Below the pieces are notes generated by a model. That model was not told where the DNA came from, searched no databases, and was given only the letters and a program-made list of their open reading frames with translations. The translations under genes and the position numbers were made by a program. Of a stretch of DNA of 64,000 bases, positions 37,319 through 50,787 are shown in pieces. The DNA lies in NCBI RefSeq assembly GCF_004010195.1, contig NC_057718.1, positions 21,185,612 to 21,249,611 of the forward strand, written 5' to 3'. Each line of letters opens with the position of its first letter. Position 1 is the stretch's first letter. The stretch comes from Chiloscyllium plagiosum (Eukaryota).

Positions 37319-39121
37319 CTACTTGTCCACTGTCCCACTGCCTTTTGAGCACTGGTTCTTAATCAGCTGTGTTGATTTGGCTGTGATTTGGCCATTTACA
37401 CAAGTAATTTTAAAAAATTTACAGTACCATTTGTAAAAGATCCATTTTTGAAAATGAGATTTTCTCCCTCCTTTCCCACCCACTAGTAATTATTATGCAA
37501 ATTAAGAAATTTGCATTTCCCATTCCATCATCCTGAAGCCTCCTGATTCTCACTGTGTAGTTTCATGAATGGCATGAAAAATATCATTGCAGGGTCTTAT
37601 CTTGACATCTTTAAATCCTAATTCCTCTTGTCAGGAGAAGAAACCTAATAATGAATGAGAATACAGCAAGAAGCCAAACAACCCAAAGGTATCCATAGTC
37701 ATCCATAGTAACCTGCCCGATAACAGGTTTAGCTAAACGAATTCAGGACTTTTTTTTAAAACAATCGTAACTTCATCTGAACCGAAAGGGTTCAATTCTA
37801 CACCACAGTATGTCATCAGGTAGCAAAAACATTTCACACCATTTAAAAACAGCTGGACTCAGACAATATCTGTGAAGCAGAAGCATCTACTTCATGTCAG
37901 TTATTTCTTGGGTTACTGAAGTCAAAATAAATTCATAAACAACACATGTTACTGTAACATTGAACAGTGCACTTCAATTTGGAATGGTCATCTTTCAGGC
38001 AGAACAAAACTGAATTTTTCAGTCATGCATTTTTTCTCTGTAAGTTTGCATGGACTTAACAACACAATTATGCTTTTTCTCATATGAATGTCATCCGAAA
38101 TTGAAACAAAAGTGGAGCAGCAGTTCTCAATTTCAAAATTTCAAAACACAATATTGGCTTCTTCCCTCGTGCTTTTGACCAACAAGAGACTTCAAAGTCT
38201 TATTTCAATACTGTTACAGTACTTGATATTAGATCATAAATGGCAAGTGGGAGACTTGGAATGCCTTATCCTTGTATTGTTCTCCTCTTGTCCCAATTTC
38301 CTCAATTCCTGTGAATGCTAAAGTAAATGATCAAGAAACCACATTTTCTTCGAAATCAAACAATTAATATATATCATTCCAAATTCAAGTCCAAAGCAAT
38401 CCTTGGCCACCATAAATACTGACACTATAAATGATGCAAGCCTTATTTTTGTGAAGTAAAAATAAGCCCTTTCCTCCTTTCCTTGAGTCCAATGTCAGAC
38501 TAAACCAACAATATTTTCACATCAAGGTCTCCCTTCCAACCCGCAGGCACCATTCACTCTACCAAACAAATTCAAACCAGTCAACATCATGTAGATGGGT
38601 TTTTTGTAAAATAAAATTGTAATAAAAATTTAAGCATTTATATTCATACTCAGAACTTAATCCTGCACATAAAGACCTTATCATTAATGATTAGCATGTT
38701 TAAACTAATATCCTTAATTGCACATTGAAGTGGTTTGCAGAAATAGTTTTCTACTACAATGCTCAATAAACCAAATCTGTACCTACAATTAGTTTCCAAT
38801 TGCACCTTACGGTATCAATAAGACAGAGATAAAAAATAAATCATTTTTATAGCACCATAAACCATCCCAAAATATTTTACAAAAGTTGTCAAACTGACAG
38901 CTTCATAAGGAGCTATCAGGCCAAATGACAACATTTCTTGGTCATAAAAGTAGGCTTTATGGAGCACGGAGCAGTGGGGGAAATTACAAAAAATAAGTCT
39001 TTAAAGGGAGCTGAAGGCACAAATGCCAGTAGTCGAGCTACTAAATTCAAGTATGCTGTTTAAAAGTGAGGAAACAAAACTTAGAGCATAGCAATTTTGT
39101 TTTCAGTAGACTTTGCTGGTA

Positions 39122-39475
39122 AACATAGAACATCAAACAGCACAGGAACAGGTCCTTTGACCCACCATGCCCATACTAACCCACCATGCCCATACCAACC
39201 ATTATGCTGTTCTCAACTAATCTGATCTGCCTGCTCATGGTCCATTTCCCTCTATTGTCTGTGTGTTCATGTGTCTGTCTATATTTTCTTAAACCTTGCT
39301 ACTGTATGTGCTTCTACCACTCACTTGGCAGTGCATTGCAGGCAGCTACTAACCTCTGTGTAAAACACTTTTATAATATATCTCCTTTAAACTTTTTCCA
39401 TCTCCCCTTAAACCTCTTTCCCCTAGTATTTGACATTTCCACCCTGGGAGAGAGAGACTCTGAAAATCCACTCTA
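39122..39475 (-). mobile_element. Old CR1 3' end
   Basis: catagaacat...cagcacaggaacagg 3' UTR complement plus ORF2 end. Confidence 0.65.
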
Positions 39476-40807
39476 GGCCCGAACACTCAGTCTTTTATTA
39501 GCGATAGAGTAAAATTCCTTCACTGATCACAATCAGCTTTACTGTGTCACTCTGTTGGCATGCTCTATGAAGCGGTTATCTTACACTCTGTCTTATATTT
39601 TATAGGCACATGACTACTCCTGAAATTACCATTGCTTAACGTGTACATTTTTGGGTAAGAACGTTCCTGCCAAAGTCAGTAATTGAAATGCACAATGGCA
39701 TGACTAGACTGAGAAATGGGACGATTGGATTAAGAAAAGGCATGAATTGTATTTGTTTCTAAAGAGCTTTTAGTTTATTAACATTTTAAAAAATACAAAT
39801 GAAGAGCCCACGTCACCTTAGCGATGGGAACTGATGTAGGAAATATACTGACCAGAGATCCAGGACTGTGGGATAGTCTAAGCCACAAGGGATTCATGGG
39901 ACAGGGTTCACAGGGGTCAAAGGTAAAGGCAATGAGGTGGTTCTAAGTGCCCTAACTGCCAATTATTTACAGATCAAGCACAAAATATCTGTAAAAGAGG
40001 AGACCACGATTAACCTCGCACAGGAGTTGTCATGCTCCCCACATGGTAATAAGCTTTGTTGTTGATTTAATAATGGTGGTGGGTAGGATGAGGCACTGAG
40101 TAGGCATCAGCTGTTCACTTAAGCATTTCAAATAGAAGGGAAAGATGGCTGACCATGGGCCTTCCTGCTATTGACTTAATCAGGGTTAAGATAGGAAGGT
40201 GTCGGGCCCCTGATTAAATGCCCTGTGCACCTCCAAACGTCATGGGAAGAGCTTACAAACCATTTTTACCAAGTTTTCAAACTTACAGATACAAATAATC
40301 TCCTTTTTGCTAATTAATACAAAATAAACTTTAAAAATAGTGCATTGTCAGATACCAATGTGAAACATTGGTGGAGGTAATATCAGCAGGAATGTAGGGT
40401 TCTACTTTTTTGGAACTTCAAGTCATCTATGTTTTAAAGGCTTGGACAAAGACAAAACATTGCAGCATTAGGCTTTACATACTTACAGCTGTAGAAAACT
40501 TATGTAGTGGCTCACATATCATGCAGCATGCACTATACTTCTATATCTATTGACTTGTAAATACTTAATTGTGCTGCACAGCTAAAATCACAAGCCTCTG
40601 CAGAGTTTTATCACAACTACTGCACAATAATCCATAGGTTCACATTACACCAGGAAACCTACAATTATCCTAACAAGTCCTAGCATTTTATATTATACAC
40701 AAGATGAACTGCAAACCTTAACTCGTGTGGATGAGGCAGGCAACGATCCTGATTTTTATAAGATGTTAAAATGAATTTACTTAGCTCTTGACAAACACTT
40801 CAAAGGA

Positions 40808-41200
40808 CTTGCATCTATAAAGTGCCTTTTGTGGCCAGAGGACTTCACAACCACTTTACAGACTGTGAAATACTTCTAAATGCAGTCTACTTTGAAACGT
40901 AAGAAGCACTGTCACCAAGATGTGGACAGCATTCACAAGCACCAATGAGACAGCAACCAGATAATTTGTATTAGTAATGTGGATTGAGGGATTTAATGCT
41001 GGCAAGGCAGGCAAGTAACTCCTCTACTTTTCCTTAGAATAGGATCTCTGATCTTTTGTATTCACTGAAGAAGCAAGACAAAGCCTTGCTTTAATACCTC
41101 AATTGAAAGGCAGCACCTAGTGACACTGCAACACTCCTTCAGTACTACACGGAAGTAGATGTCTGAGCTAAAACCCTGGAGTGGGATTTGAATCATCAAA
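40808..41200 (-). mobile_element. Deu-domain SINE (SacSINE1/AmnSINE1-like)
   Basis: L2-like tail (acttgcatctataaagtgcc), Deu-domain complement (gatcttttgtattcactga...tttaatacctcaattgaaaggcagcac) and tRNA head (gagtgggatttgaa). Confidence 0.6.
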
Positions 41201-41907
41201 ACAGTCTTAGTTAACACAATACAGTAATGATTTGTATCAAGTTAAGACTGACTTAAAATAACACTTAAAGATCGCCTTATCAAGTTTCTATAGAATTATA
41301 CAAGTCAATTTGGAATGCTTTGGTGTCTAGTTGGAAAGGCAACCAAATCAGAAAAGCAAGTACAGTACATGTTTCTTCTTTGGCATCATTAAAAAAAAAC
41401 TCTGGCAAGGGGGAATGTATTACTTTGTTCATTTGAAATATAGCAATAAATAATATGGGTTACAGATCAGAGCTTATTCAATACATGAATGAGGTTAAAC
41501 ATTTAAATGCAGAGATATTTACGTTTGTCATCCTGATTCACTGTTACAAGATTTAATCATAATCTTTGATATCCATTTACAAAAGTAACACATTTATTAC
41601 TATTGCAGTATTGAATTACCTAATCAACTCTACTGGAGTTTAGATACAAGTAAAACAGAAAGCCAAAAAGCAAGATAAAATATTCTAATGACTGAATTAT
41701 GAACCATGATGTACAGCTATATGGCCAATAGAGTCTCTGATGAGATCAGATTGGGCTTATTCTAGATGCATAACTCTGGCTACCTGCATTGGTAAGTAAA
41801 TAGCTGCTGTGCATGAAGAGAATTGTACCACCTTTTCTGAAAGTGTAGAATCATTTTCGAGTAAAGCCTGAAAAATAATTCACAGACACACCGTTCTGTT
41901 TTGTTGG

Positions 41908-42060
41908 GCAGGAAAATCGACACTTCGGGCAAAAACCCTTCATCAGCAATGAAATGTCGATTTTCCTGCTCCTCGAATGCTGCCTGACCTGCTGTGCTTT
42001 TCCAGCACCACTCTAATCTAGACTCTGATTTCCAGCATCTGCAGTCCTCACTTTTGCCCA
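41908..42060. mobile_element. PLE family A mini-foldback
   Basis: gcaggaaaatcgaca / tgtcgattttcctgc inverted, plus tail; 14-bp TSD ttctgttttgttgg at 41894-41907 and 42061-42074. Confidence 0.85.
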
Positions 42061-42121
42061 TTCTGTTTTGTTGGTCAATTATCCCAGCGCGGACTCCCAC
42101 CTCAAGCTGAAGCCCAGCATG

Positions 42122-42332
42122 TACAAAGTTAAAAATCACACATCTGGTTATAGTCCAACAGGTTTAATTTGAAGCACTAGCTTTCGGAGCGCCGCTCCTT
42201 CATAAGGTGGTTGATGATGAAGGAGCGGAGCTCCGAAAGCTAGTGTTTCCAATTAAACCTGTTGGACCATTACCTGGTGTTGTGTGATTTTTAACTTTGT
42301 ACACCCCAGTCCAACACCAGTATCTCCAAATC
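42122..42332. mobile_element. PLE family C foldback mini-element
   Basis: About 85-bp inverted arms with two opposed hammerhead remnants; 12-bp TSD aagcccagcatg at 42110-42121 and 42333-42344. Confidence 0.88.
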
Positions 42333-44189
42333 AAGCCCAGCATGGACTCCCTGCTTTAGAACTTTAGGACTGTAATGTTGAACTTTTACCTTAATTTTTC
42401 TAATGTATACCTAAAACTCTGTACCTAGGTATCTCTATACCTGAGATTGCACCAGAAATGGCGACTTTGTACACTTTTCGCAGTACTCATGTACTTGAGT
42501 ACATGTGACAATAAACCTAATTCTAATTCTAGTTAAGTTGTCTGGAATGGAACTATGTATCTACTGGCATAGTGGTGTTCTAGATGTTCAGCTATAGCAA
42601 TGCAGTTTGCAAAACAGCCAGATGATCTTACTATACAAAAAGCAGCAACATGATAATCCTGTAACTGCTATTATTGGGTTATGTAAATAATCAGTTTGTG
42701 TTACAACTATCTTTGACATCATTTCACCCAAAGTACACTCTTTCCATCATGTTTATTGAAAATGAAATGATTAATGAATATGCACACAGTATTAGAAAGA
42801 TTAGACAGCAAGTAGTGTGCTTCCCAGTAATTAAATCCCATAATTCTGATCAAATTTTATCCATTTTAATCTTGCTCACAAAAGCTCATATCATCACCAG
42901 ATCAAACTGATTAAGTGACTGCCATAACAATCAGCTGACAGTCATTCATTATTCCAAAATTAAATCAATATCAGGAGAACGTTCTGGAGAAAAGCACTTC
43001 CATCAAAATTCTTTCTGCACCATTTACTCCAGAATATAATGTTTTTTAATTGAAAATTAGTTTAGAAATTTTCCTTAATTTGTGTTTTGAAACTTGAGAA
43101 ACACAGACCAAAAATAAATTAAGAATATACAGCTCCACAGTGATGCCAGGCTGGGACACAACACAAATTTTTAAAATAACTTTCCGATTATTTGGAAACA
43201 ATCTGGATGATACATTCTTGACAATACTTTCAAAATTCACATATGACGGTTATAAATAAAAGGGATGAAGACACATTGCAAAAATTCACAAAGTTAGACA
43301 GGCTGAAGAATCTCTCAATCATCAAACTATGCAGCATCTTATTAATCTACTTGATAGATTGAGATATTGTTCTCTATTATTTCTGGGCAGCAAATTAAAC
43401 AATACCAGCTATTGCAATGCTACCTTGTATTAATTTATCTCAATAGCGTTTTTCAGATTTTTTTTTAAAACAGCTTCAATTATGTCCCCTAAAAGTTGCA
43501 TATCATGCGAGCGCTCAAATCACCACAATTATTTTGTACTGCGCATTCAATATTTCAGACATTTTATGTGACACATCTTCTGCTTAAAGTTACAACAGTG
43601 TTCTACTGGATTGCCTGTGGAGATTTTTCATGAATTTTACAGTAATTCTGTTTTATGAAATGCAACTGCTAAAAATAATGTACAACTAAATCATAAAAAA
43701 TATATACATTAGTGCCAAACGACAAAACTATAATATATAACCAAAAGGAATGAATGTAGTCCTTGGAATGCTGTACTATATCAAAGAAACCAAACATTTT
43801 CCTTGCGCCTGAATTGTTGTTCACTTACCAATGGAGAAACTGACTTAAGAGGAGTTGTTCCAATATTTTTCCAGGTCATTTTTTTTTTCAGTTTACTCCA
43901 TCACAAGATTTTTTTTTTGATGATCTACTCTTGGTATCAAGGCTTAATTCTGCTGCTATCAGGAGGCAGCAGAATAAAAGCTAGATAGTTAAAATTCAGG
44001 AAAAGAAATGCTAAACTTGGATAGAGATATAGGCCCAATACAAGCAGCCAGAGGACAGAGCACCCTCATGAAATGATGTGGCCTATCCCAAATCTACCAA
44101 TGATTGTTCTGATTTCAATGCCCACTCCTCTATTGCAAGAACGGAGTGAAGTTGGTACTTGGGATTCCAGTTTCTCACTCAACGCTGAT

Positions 44190-44310
44190 TAAGAGTCACC
44201 TGACCGGAAACGTTAACTCTGCTTTCTCCCTGCAGATGCTGCCAGACCTGCTGTGTTTTGCCAGCAATTTGTGTTTTTGTTCATGATCTCGGGATTCTGC
44301 AGTTCTTTGG
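44190..44310 (+). mobile_element. PLE family A terminal remnant
   Basis: gaaacgttaactctg...cagatgctgccagacctgctg. Confidence 0.65.
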
Positions 44311-44344
44311 TCTACCCACAATAGGCATCTAGATTCCGTTATTC

Positions 44345-44672
44345 AAAGAATCAATGTAGAAGTAAGCCATTCGGCCCATCTGGTCCACATGGACCCTCTG
44401 TAGAGCACCCAACCCAGACCCATCCCTCTACCCTATCCTTGTAACTGTGCATTTCCCATTGTTTACCACATAGCCTGCACACCCTTGGACACTATGGCTA
44501 AGTTAGCACAGCCAATCCACCTAACCTGCACATCTTTGGACTATGGGACGAAATCCACACAGACACAAGGAGAATATGAAAACTCCTCACAGTCACCAGA
44601 GGGTGGAATTGAACCTGGGTTCCTTGGTGCTGTGAGGCAGCAGTGTGAACAACTGAGCAACCATGCCGCCCA
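44345..44672 (-). mobile_element. Degraded HE1-like V-SINE
   Basis: cacctaacctgcacatctttggact...ggaattgaacc...gctgtgaggcagcagtg. Confidence 0.78.
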
Positions 44673-44934
44673 ATACTGGAAATAGTACACCTGCTAATGT
44701 GTCAATTTTATTCTGCCAATAACCATATCCTCTTTCAACAAACCTTCTCAGCAACCATATTAATTCATATTGAAGGCAGTGAAATCAGAAGTTAGATGTT
44801 AGTTTTGTACTTAATATTAGATTTATTACAAACTGCAATGGTATACATGCCGACACTAACACAAAATCCCAAATGTTTCTCTTGTTTTTTGCTCAAAAGT
44901 TATTAAATCATGTTCTCCACCTCTTTATGTTTAA

Positions 44935-45715
44935 TAGAGTCATAGATTCATACAGTATGAAAACAGACCTTTCGTTCAACTGGTCCACACAGCCAATGTT
45001 TCCAAACTAAATTAGTCCCACCTGTCTGAAGTTGGCCCATATCCCACCAAACTGTTCTAACTCATGTACTTATCCAAATGTCTTTTAAATGTTGCATCTG
45101 TACCTACACCTACCACTTCCTCTGGTTGATCATTCCAACACATGAACCACTTTATGTAAAAATGTTGCCCCCGTGTCCTTTTTAAAACTTTCTCCTCTTA
45201 CCTTAAAATTATGCCCCCTAGTGTTGAACACCCCCAAGGGAAAAGGCTCTTGCTATTAACCTTATCTATGCTCTTCGTGATTTTACAAATCTCTGAGGTC
45301 ACACTTCAGCCTCCTACCCTCCAGTATTTTTCTAGCTTATTTATATAACTCGTGCCCTCCATGCCCTGCAACGTCTTGGTAAATCTTTTCTGAACCCTCT
45401 CCAATTTAATAAAATCCTTCCAATAGTATGATGACCAGAACTGTACACAGTATCCAGAAGAGGCCTCATCAACATCCTATACAACCTCAACAAGATGTCC
45501 TAACCCCTATACTCAATGGTCTGAGAAATGTAGGCAAACATGCTAAATGCCTTCTTCACCACCTTGTCTATCTGTGATGCAAATGTGAAAGAATTATCCA
45601 CGAGAATTCCTAGGTCTGTCTGTTCTTTAACACTACCCGTGGCCTTACCATTAATTGTAAAAGTCCTTGTTTGTTTTTCCAAGATAAAATTCCTCGCATT
45701 TATCCAAGTTAAACT
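44935..45715 (-). mobile_element. CR1 3' region
   Basis: Peptide EQTDLGILV...IDKVVKKAFSMFAYISQTIEYR plus 3' UTR. Confidence 0.85.
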
Positions 45716-46001
45716 GAACCTTAATAATACTACAAACATACTACTGACAATGAGCAGGGATAAAGAAGAGGAGTGAAAAGGAACGAACTGGATAACTCTT
45801 TCAAACAGGTCTCTACAGGCACAATGGGCCAAATAGACTCCTTCTCTGCTCTATTAATTTATGTAAATGGTGCATTGTCTCACATTGCACATTGCCACAG
45901 CAATTTGGACATATTAGTCTGATATTAGGATTTTGATTTGTGTAACATTCATTTTATCCAGGTTTCAGGTGCAGACAGAACTATCAAGTCAAAAGTAACA
46001 A

Positions 46002-46351
46002 AGTTTGGGAGAAGATTTGTAGCTCAGGTGCTCGTTGTTGTGGTTCTGTTCGCCGAGCTGGGAATTTGCGTTGCAGACATTTCGTCCCCTGTCTAGGTGA
46101 CATCCTCAGTGCTTGGGAGCATTCTGTGAAGCACTGTGAAGCAATCCTCCGGCATTTATAGTGATTTGTACCTGCCGCTTCCGGTTGTCAGTTCCAGCTG
46201 TCCGCTGCAGTAGCCGGTATATTGGGTCCAGGTCGATGTGCTTATTAATGGAGTCTGTGGATCAGTGCCATGCCTCTAGGAATTCCCTGGCTGTTCTCAG
46301 AAAACAGATTCTGCAACACAAATTCCCAGCTCGGCGAACAGAACCACAACA
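46002..46351. mobile_element. PLE family B foldback (subfamily 2)
   Basis: tgttgtggttctgttcgccgagctgggaatttg / caaattcccagctcggcgaacagaaccacaaca inverted; imperfect TSD tcaaaagtaacaa / tcaaaaagcaacaa. Confidence 0.82.
46073..46112 (-). ncRNA. Minimal hammerhead ribozyme motif (PLE family B2)
   Basis: Minus strand: gca CTGAGGA t gtcacc tagaca ggggac GAAA t GTC tgc. Confidence 0.65.
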
Positions 46352-47530
46352 TCAAAAAGCAACAAGACTGAAATAAAGCTGACTTCAGCAAATTACTTCT
46401 GAATAACTATTATTTGTTCACCACTGTTCACCAAAGTGTAATGAGTAATATTTTGTGCAATGCATCGTGATCGACTGCAGTGTCAAGCTCTTGTACCACA
46501 ATGTTTTCATCACAAACTGAAAAGATCATTAATCTTTGAAAATTATGTAGTAACAGATTTTGTCTTTAAGACAATGCATTTCCAAAGAATCAACTGTATG
46601 AACATTTCTTGATAAACTGCTGACAACGACATTAGCATTGCAACTCTCACATTGAAGTAGCTGCACCATGATCAATCAATAAATGCCAATGTGAAACCTT
46701 TGAAAAACATGGGCCCACCCCTAGTTCCTCCGTAACAAAATGTTATAATTACAGACAAGAAACACACGATGGAATTTCAATATCAGATGTAACCTCATAA
46801 TTCATCTAACTTGCCTCAATTCTGTTTGCTCTAAAATATATGGCAACATCATAATTTCTGGAACAGATTGCAATTTTGTAAACACTTGCGCATATTCAAT
46901 CCTGTGATTTTGCTCAGACAACAACTGCTATGCAAGTTCAGATTCAGAAAATAACCAGACTTACATTTCCAACTAAAGAGACCAATCACTATGTTGAAGG
47001 GCAGTTTGAACAAATGGCAAGGAGAAAGAAAAACCTGCATCACCTCACCCACTTGTATTTCACTTTAACTGCCTTGAATTAAACTTGTCTTCTAAATATT
47101 TTTGAAATGTCCTGGCAACTTGATTTTTAAATGTTTGCATTACCATCGCAGTTCTAAAATGATCAAAATAGATGGTTAATTTTAAAGGTACACGGAGTCA
47201 AAGAATAATAGGTAGTGGCTGCGTCTTTTTGCCAAAGAGAAAATGCAGTGCATGAAGGTCTTTCTGGAAGGAGTTTCAAGTATACTGTATTCAGAGCAAA
47301 CAAAGTTTCACTGAAGTTATTACTGTTACTATCCATTGTCTCTCATGCCCGGAGGGTGATGATTAAAACCATGCATTAATTTCAACTAGTTAGATAACAA
47401 AGATTTTCAATGCAAATTCTGAGTTTGGAGTAAGTGAGCACTAAACAGACATTTTGACTTATAGGCAATCAGTTCATTCTAATCTTGACTGTAGAATCAC
47501 ATTGATCTAAAAATGATATTTCTTTTCCCA

Positions 47531-47680
47531 GTGTTTATGGATGCCATTTGATCAAATGAGGTTGAAGTCAGGACAACATTTACAGCAGGTTCTAGGAATC
47601 CAATCATAGACTGTCATAGAACCTGCTGTAAATGTTGCCCTGGCTTCAACCTCATTTGATCAAATGGCATCCATAAACAC
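47531..47680. repeat. Inverted repeat: 64-bp arms, 22-nt spacer
   Basis: 47531-47594 versus the reverse complement of 47617-47680: 62/64 identical. Confidence 0.93.
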
Positions 47681-47881
47681 AGATCTAAAATGAAATTTAG
47701 ATGTGGAATGTAAAGTGTGTTCATTTCGAGGAAGTACCCTCATATTTTCAGCCAGCTGCAAACTACTAGCAGGACATGTAAGAAATGCCTTGGTGTGTTT
47801 GCTGGATTGAGTCAGACTTCAATGTTTGTTTGTTTGTTTCTTCATATGCTATTGTAAATAAATGAACTGCTTTAGTGACTA

Positions 47882-48017
47882 TGTCGAGAGTGAATGAAGG
47901 GCTTATGCCAGAAATGTCGATTCTCCTGCTCCTCAGATGCTGCCTGACCTGCTGTGCTTTCCCAGCAACACACACTCTCGACTCTGATCTCCAGCATCCG
48001 CAGTCCTCACTTTCTCT
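47882..48017 (+). mobile_element. PLE family A terminal fragment
   Basis: atgaagggcttatgccagaaatgtcga...cagtcctcactttct; TSD tgctttagtgacta at 47868-47881 and 48018-48031. Confidence 0.85.
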
Positions 48018-48299
48018 TGCTTTAGTGACTACGTATGTAATGAAGATATTTTATGAATAACGTATATTTTTGAAATAAAAAGAAACATCCAACTCTCATT
48101 TCTAGCTTCAAGTCCTGGAAAACTATGTCAGCAAAGAAAGAAAGTATAGTGTGAGAGAAATTATGAATATAACACCGCCTGGCTGGATTTCTTCCTTGAC
48201 CGAAATAACAACCAGGATGGAAGGTCTCTAAATGGCCTAAATGACCATGCTGCATGAACTACAATTGTTTAGACATCAGCTATGGATAAAATATCAAAG

Positions 48300-49130
48300 G
48301 AACTATAGTCCCAATCCTTGATCAGCAACCCACTTAGGAGAGGGAAACATCCAACCCTCTGACTTGGAGACCTCACTAATCAAATTCATTGCACCCTGAC
48401 ATATGAGCTCCAGCCTTAAAGGATGGGGTTAATTAGCACAAACTGAACTCCATCTTAAAGCTCCATTGCACGGCAGGTAGGAAATGATCCATCCTACATG
48501 CAACTCGACAACAAAAAAGGGCCAGAAGGTGGAAGATACACTGGCAGTTCCAAATTCTGCACGGACGTATCGTTTAATGCGATGATGACTTAGAAAGGAC
48601 ATCACCCAACAGCAGCCTTAAGATCTGCTGACAGGACTGCATCACAAGCACTGAAATCGTGGAATAACCAGTATCACCAGAATCAAGACGATGCTCCTGC
48701 AAACTCAAACAGATCGAGTGGATCACATTAACCAGTTAGATGACAGTTGCCAGCCCAGCACAGAGTTGTATAGAGCTGAGCACTGTTAAAAGGAACAAAT
48801 GGACCTCAAATGTTTCAAGGATTCCCTTAAGACCCTCTTTGTGTACTACATCAAAGATCACCAGTACAAAACATAAACCAGAAATCATGATGCTTGGAGG
48901 TGTTACATCAAGAGTGCCTTAGAGATCCTGGAGGTTTGCAGAGTGTGGGAGGGAAAAGCAGAAGTATTGATCCAATTGTCCCCAGCAGCAACTAAGAACT
49001 TTCACATGCACCCACTGTGGGGGAAAAAAAAATTGTCAGTTACAGATGGCCTGACTAGCTGCCAGCAAGTCTGCAATCAATGGGTTTCCTAAACTTTTCA
49101 TCCAAAAAGACATGCTAAGAAAGAAAGTCT
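48300..49130 (+). mobile_element. Highly degraded RTE-like LINE remnant
   Basis: Decayed C-terminal zinc-knuckle-like segment near 49000-49075 and tggaggttt...gtg motif; assigned by eye. Confidence 0.3.
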
Positions 49131-49585
49131 ACAGAATGTTTATTTTAAAAAAGGTTTATCATGACTGATGTAGTTTAAATGTCTCTCAATAAGAGCAGTG
49201 TGATTTCTCCAGTAAAGGTTGTGAATGACAGATAGTACACACTATACAGATTGTGTAAAATCAATTACAGTCACTTACACATGTGGATACTCAGCACAAC
49301 TGGTGAGATATTATCTAATCATATCCATTCAGGCCCAGATGTTACTACATGCAACCATTTCAGGTAGGAGCAAAAGCATACCTTTCGAAGTGGATCATGG
49401 CTGATGTATATCTTAACTCCAACAACCATGGGTGCATGTCCATTTACATCGTTGAGCATGTTATGAATATTAGGTTTAGAAAATTTAATGTTTCAGGGCT
49501 GGATCTTAAAATTTAGAAAAAATGAAGAGGATTATGTGACCTCCCCTGAAATCTGCCTAACTAGGCGCTTGGCTGTTCTTCACTA

Positions 49586-49996
49586 GCTGTTTTCCCTGGA
49601 GCGTCGGAGGGTGAGGGGTGACTTTATAGAGGTTTATAAAATTACGAGGGGCATGGATAGGATAAATAGACAAAGTCTTTTCCCTGGGGACGGGGAGTCC
49701 AGAACTAGAGGGCATAGGTTTAGGGTGAGAGGGGAAAGATATAAAAGAGACCTAAGGGGCAACTTTTACACACAGAGGATGGTACGTGTATGGCATGAGC
49801 TGCCAGAGGATGTGGTGGAGGGTGGTATAATTGCAATATTTAAGAGGCATTTGGATGGGTATATGAATAGGAAGGGTTTGGAGGGATATGGGCCAGGTGC
49901 TGGCAGGTGAGACGAGATTGGGTTGGGATATCTGGTCGGCATGGACAGGTTGGACCGAAGGGTCTGTTTCCATGCTGTACATCTCTATGACTCTAT
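49586..49996 (+). mobile_element. Young CR1 (HER1-like) 3' end
   Basis: Peptide RGDFIEVYKITRGMDR...RTRGHRFRVRGERYKRDLRGNF; tail ctctatgactctat. Confidence 0.92.
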
Positions 49997-50284
49997 AAAT
50001 GTTGTTTTGCTGGGAATTCACATTTTGTGACAATGACAAAAGGAGCTCTGATAATAGTGGATAGACTGTTAGTCGCCAAAGGCCCAGAAATGTGTTGAGA
50101 ATGCAAACAATTATTGCTTCATATTGTTCATTCAATTCCAAGCTAAAACAGAGGTGGGACCTTAAGGACAGATAATCAGCATTTCTACCTGAATACAAGG
50201 CCTTGTGATCCATGCTGCTCTGGAAAAGGGCTTTGACAGCAGAGAATCCTGAGGAAGCCATTATAAGATGCATTAAACACATCA

Positions 50285-50787
50285 ATAAACCTCACCTGCC
50301 ACTTCACTGCACCACTTTTTTTCCCTGGCTAACATCTGTCTTAGGCTTACTGCAGTGCTCCAGTGAAGCACAGCGCAAGCTGGAAGAACAGCACCTCTTT
50401 TCCTTGCTTCGGAACTCTACAGCCTCTGGAATCAATATCGAGTTCAACAATTTTAGACCTTGAGGCACTTTCTCCCATGTCCTTACCACAACCTACATTG
50501 CTCTGTGCCTTCTTAACATATGGTCTGCTATTATATTAATGGTCCCCATTAGTAGCTATTCATTCTCTTAGGCTAATTGCAAATCACTCCTTTTTCTGTC
50601 CAACAGTTCTCTTTTTGGACTCTATCTTCACCTAAATTTACTCCTTACTGCCAGACTAACTTCTGCATAAAACAAAAATCTTTCCTAGCTACCATCAGTT
50701 CTGAGAAAGGGTCACTGGAGCTGAAACATTAACTCTGATTTCTGTCCACAAAACACTGCCAGACCTCCTGAGCAATTTCTATTTTTG
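50285..50787 (+). mobile_element. PLE family A 3' end (GIY-YIG C-terminus plus terminus), old
   Basis: Peptide VLGLLQCSSEAQRKLEEQHLF...GINIEFNNF; decayed hammerhead at about 50699-50735. Confidence 0.75.

Noticed and set aside
40478..40500. ttttctacag-CT-gtaagt on the minus strand as a 2-nt micro-exon
   Set aside because: Short tract, frame-breaking, and expected by chance in 55 kb of AT-rich intron.
47531..47680. Hairpin as a known microRNA precursor
   Set aside because: The stem is too long and too perfect, with no recognisable mature miRNA; kept only as an inverted repeat.
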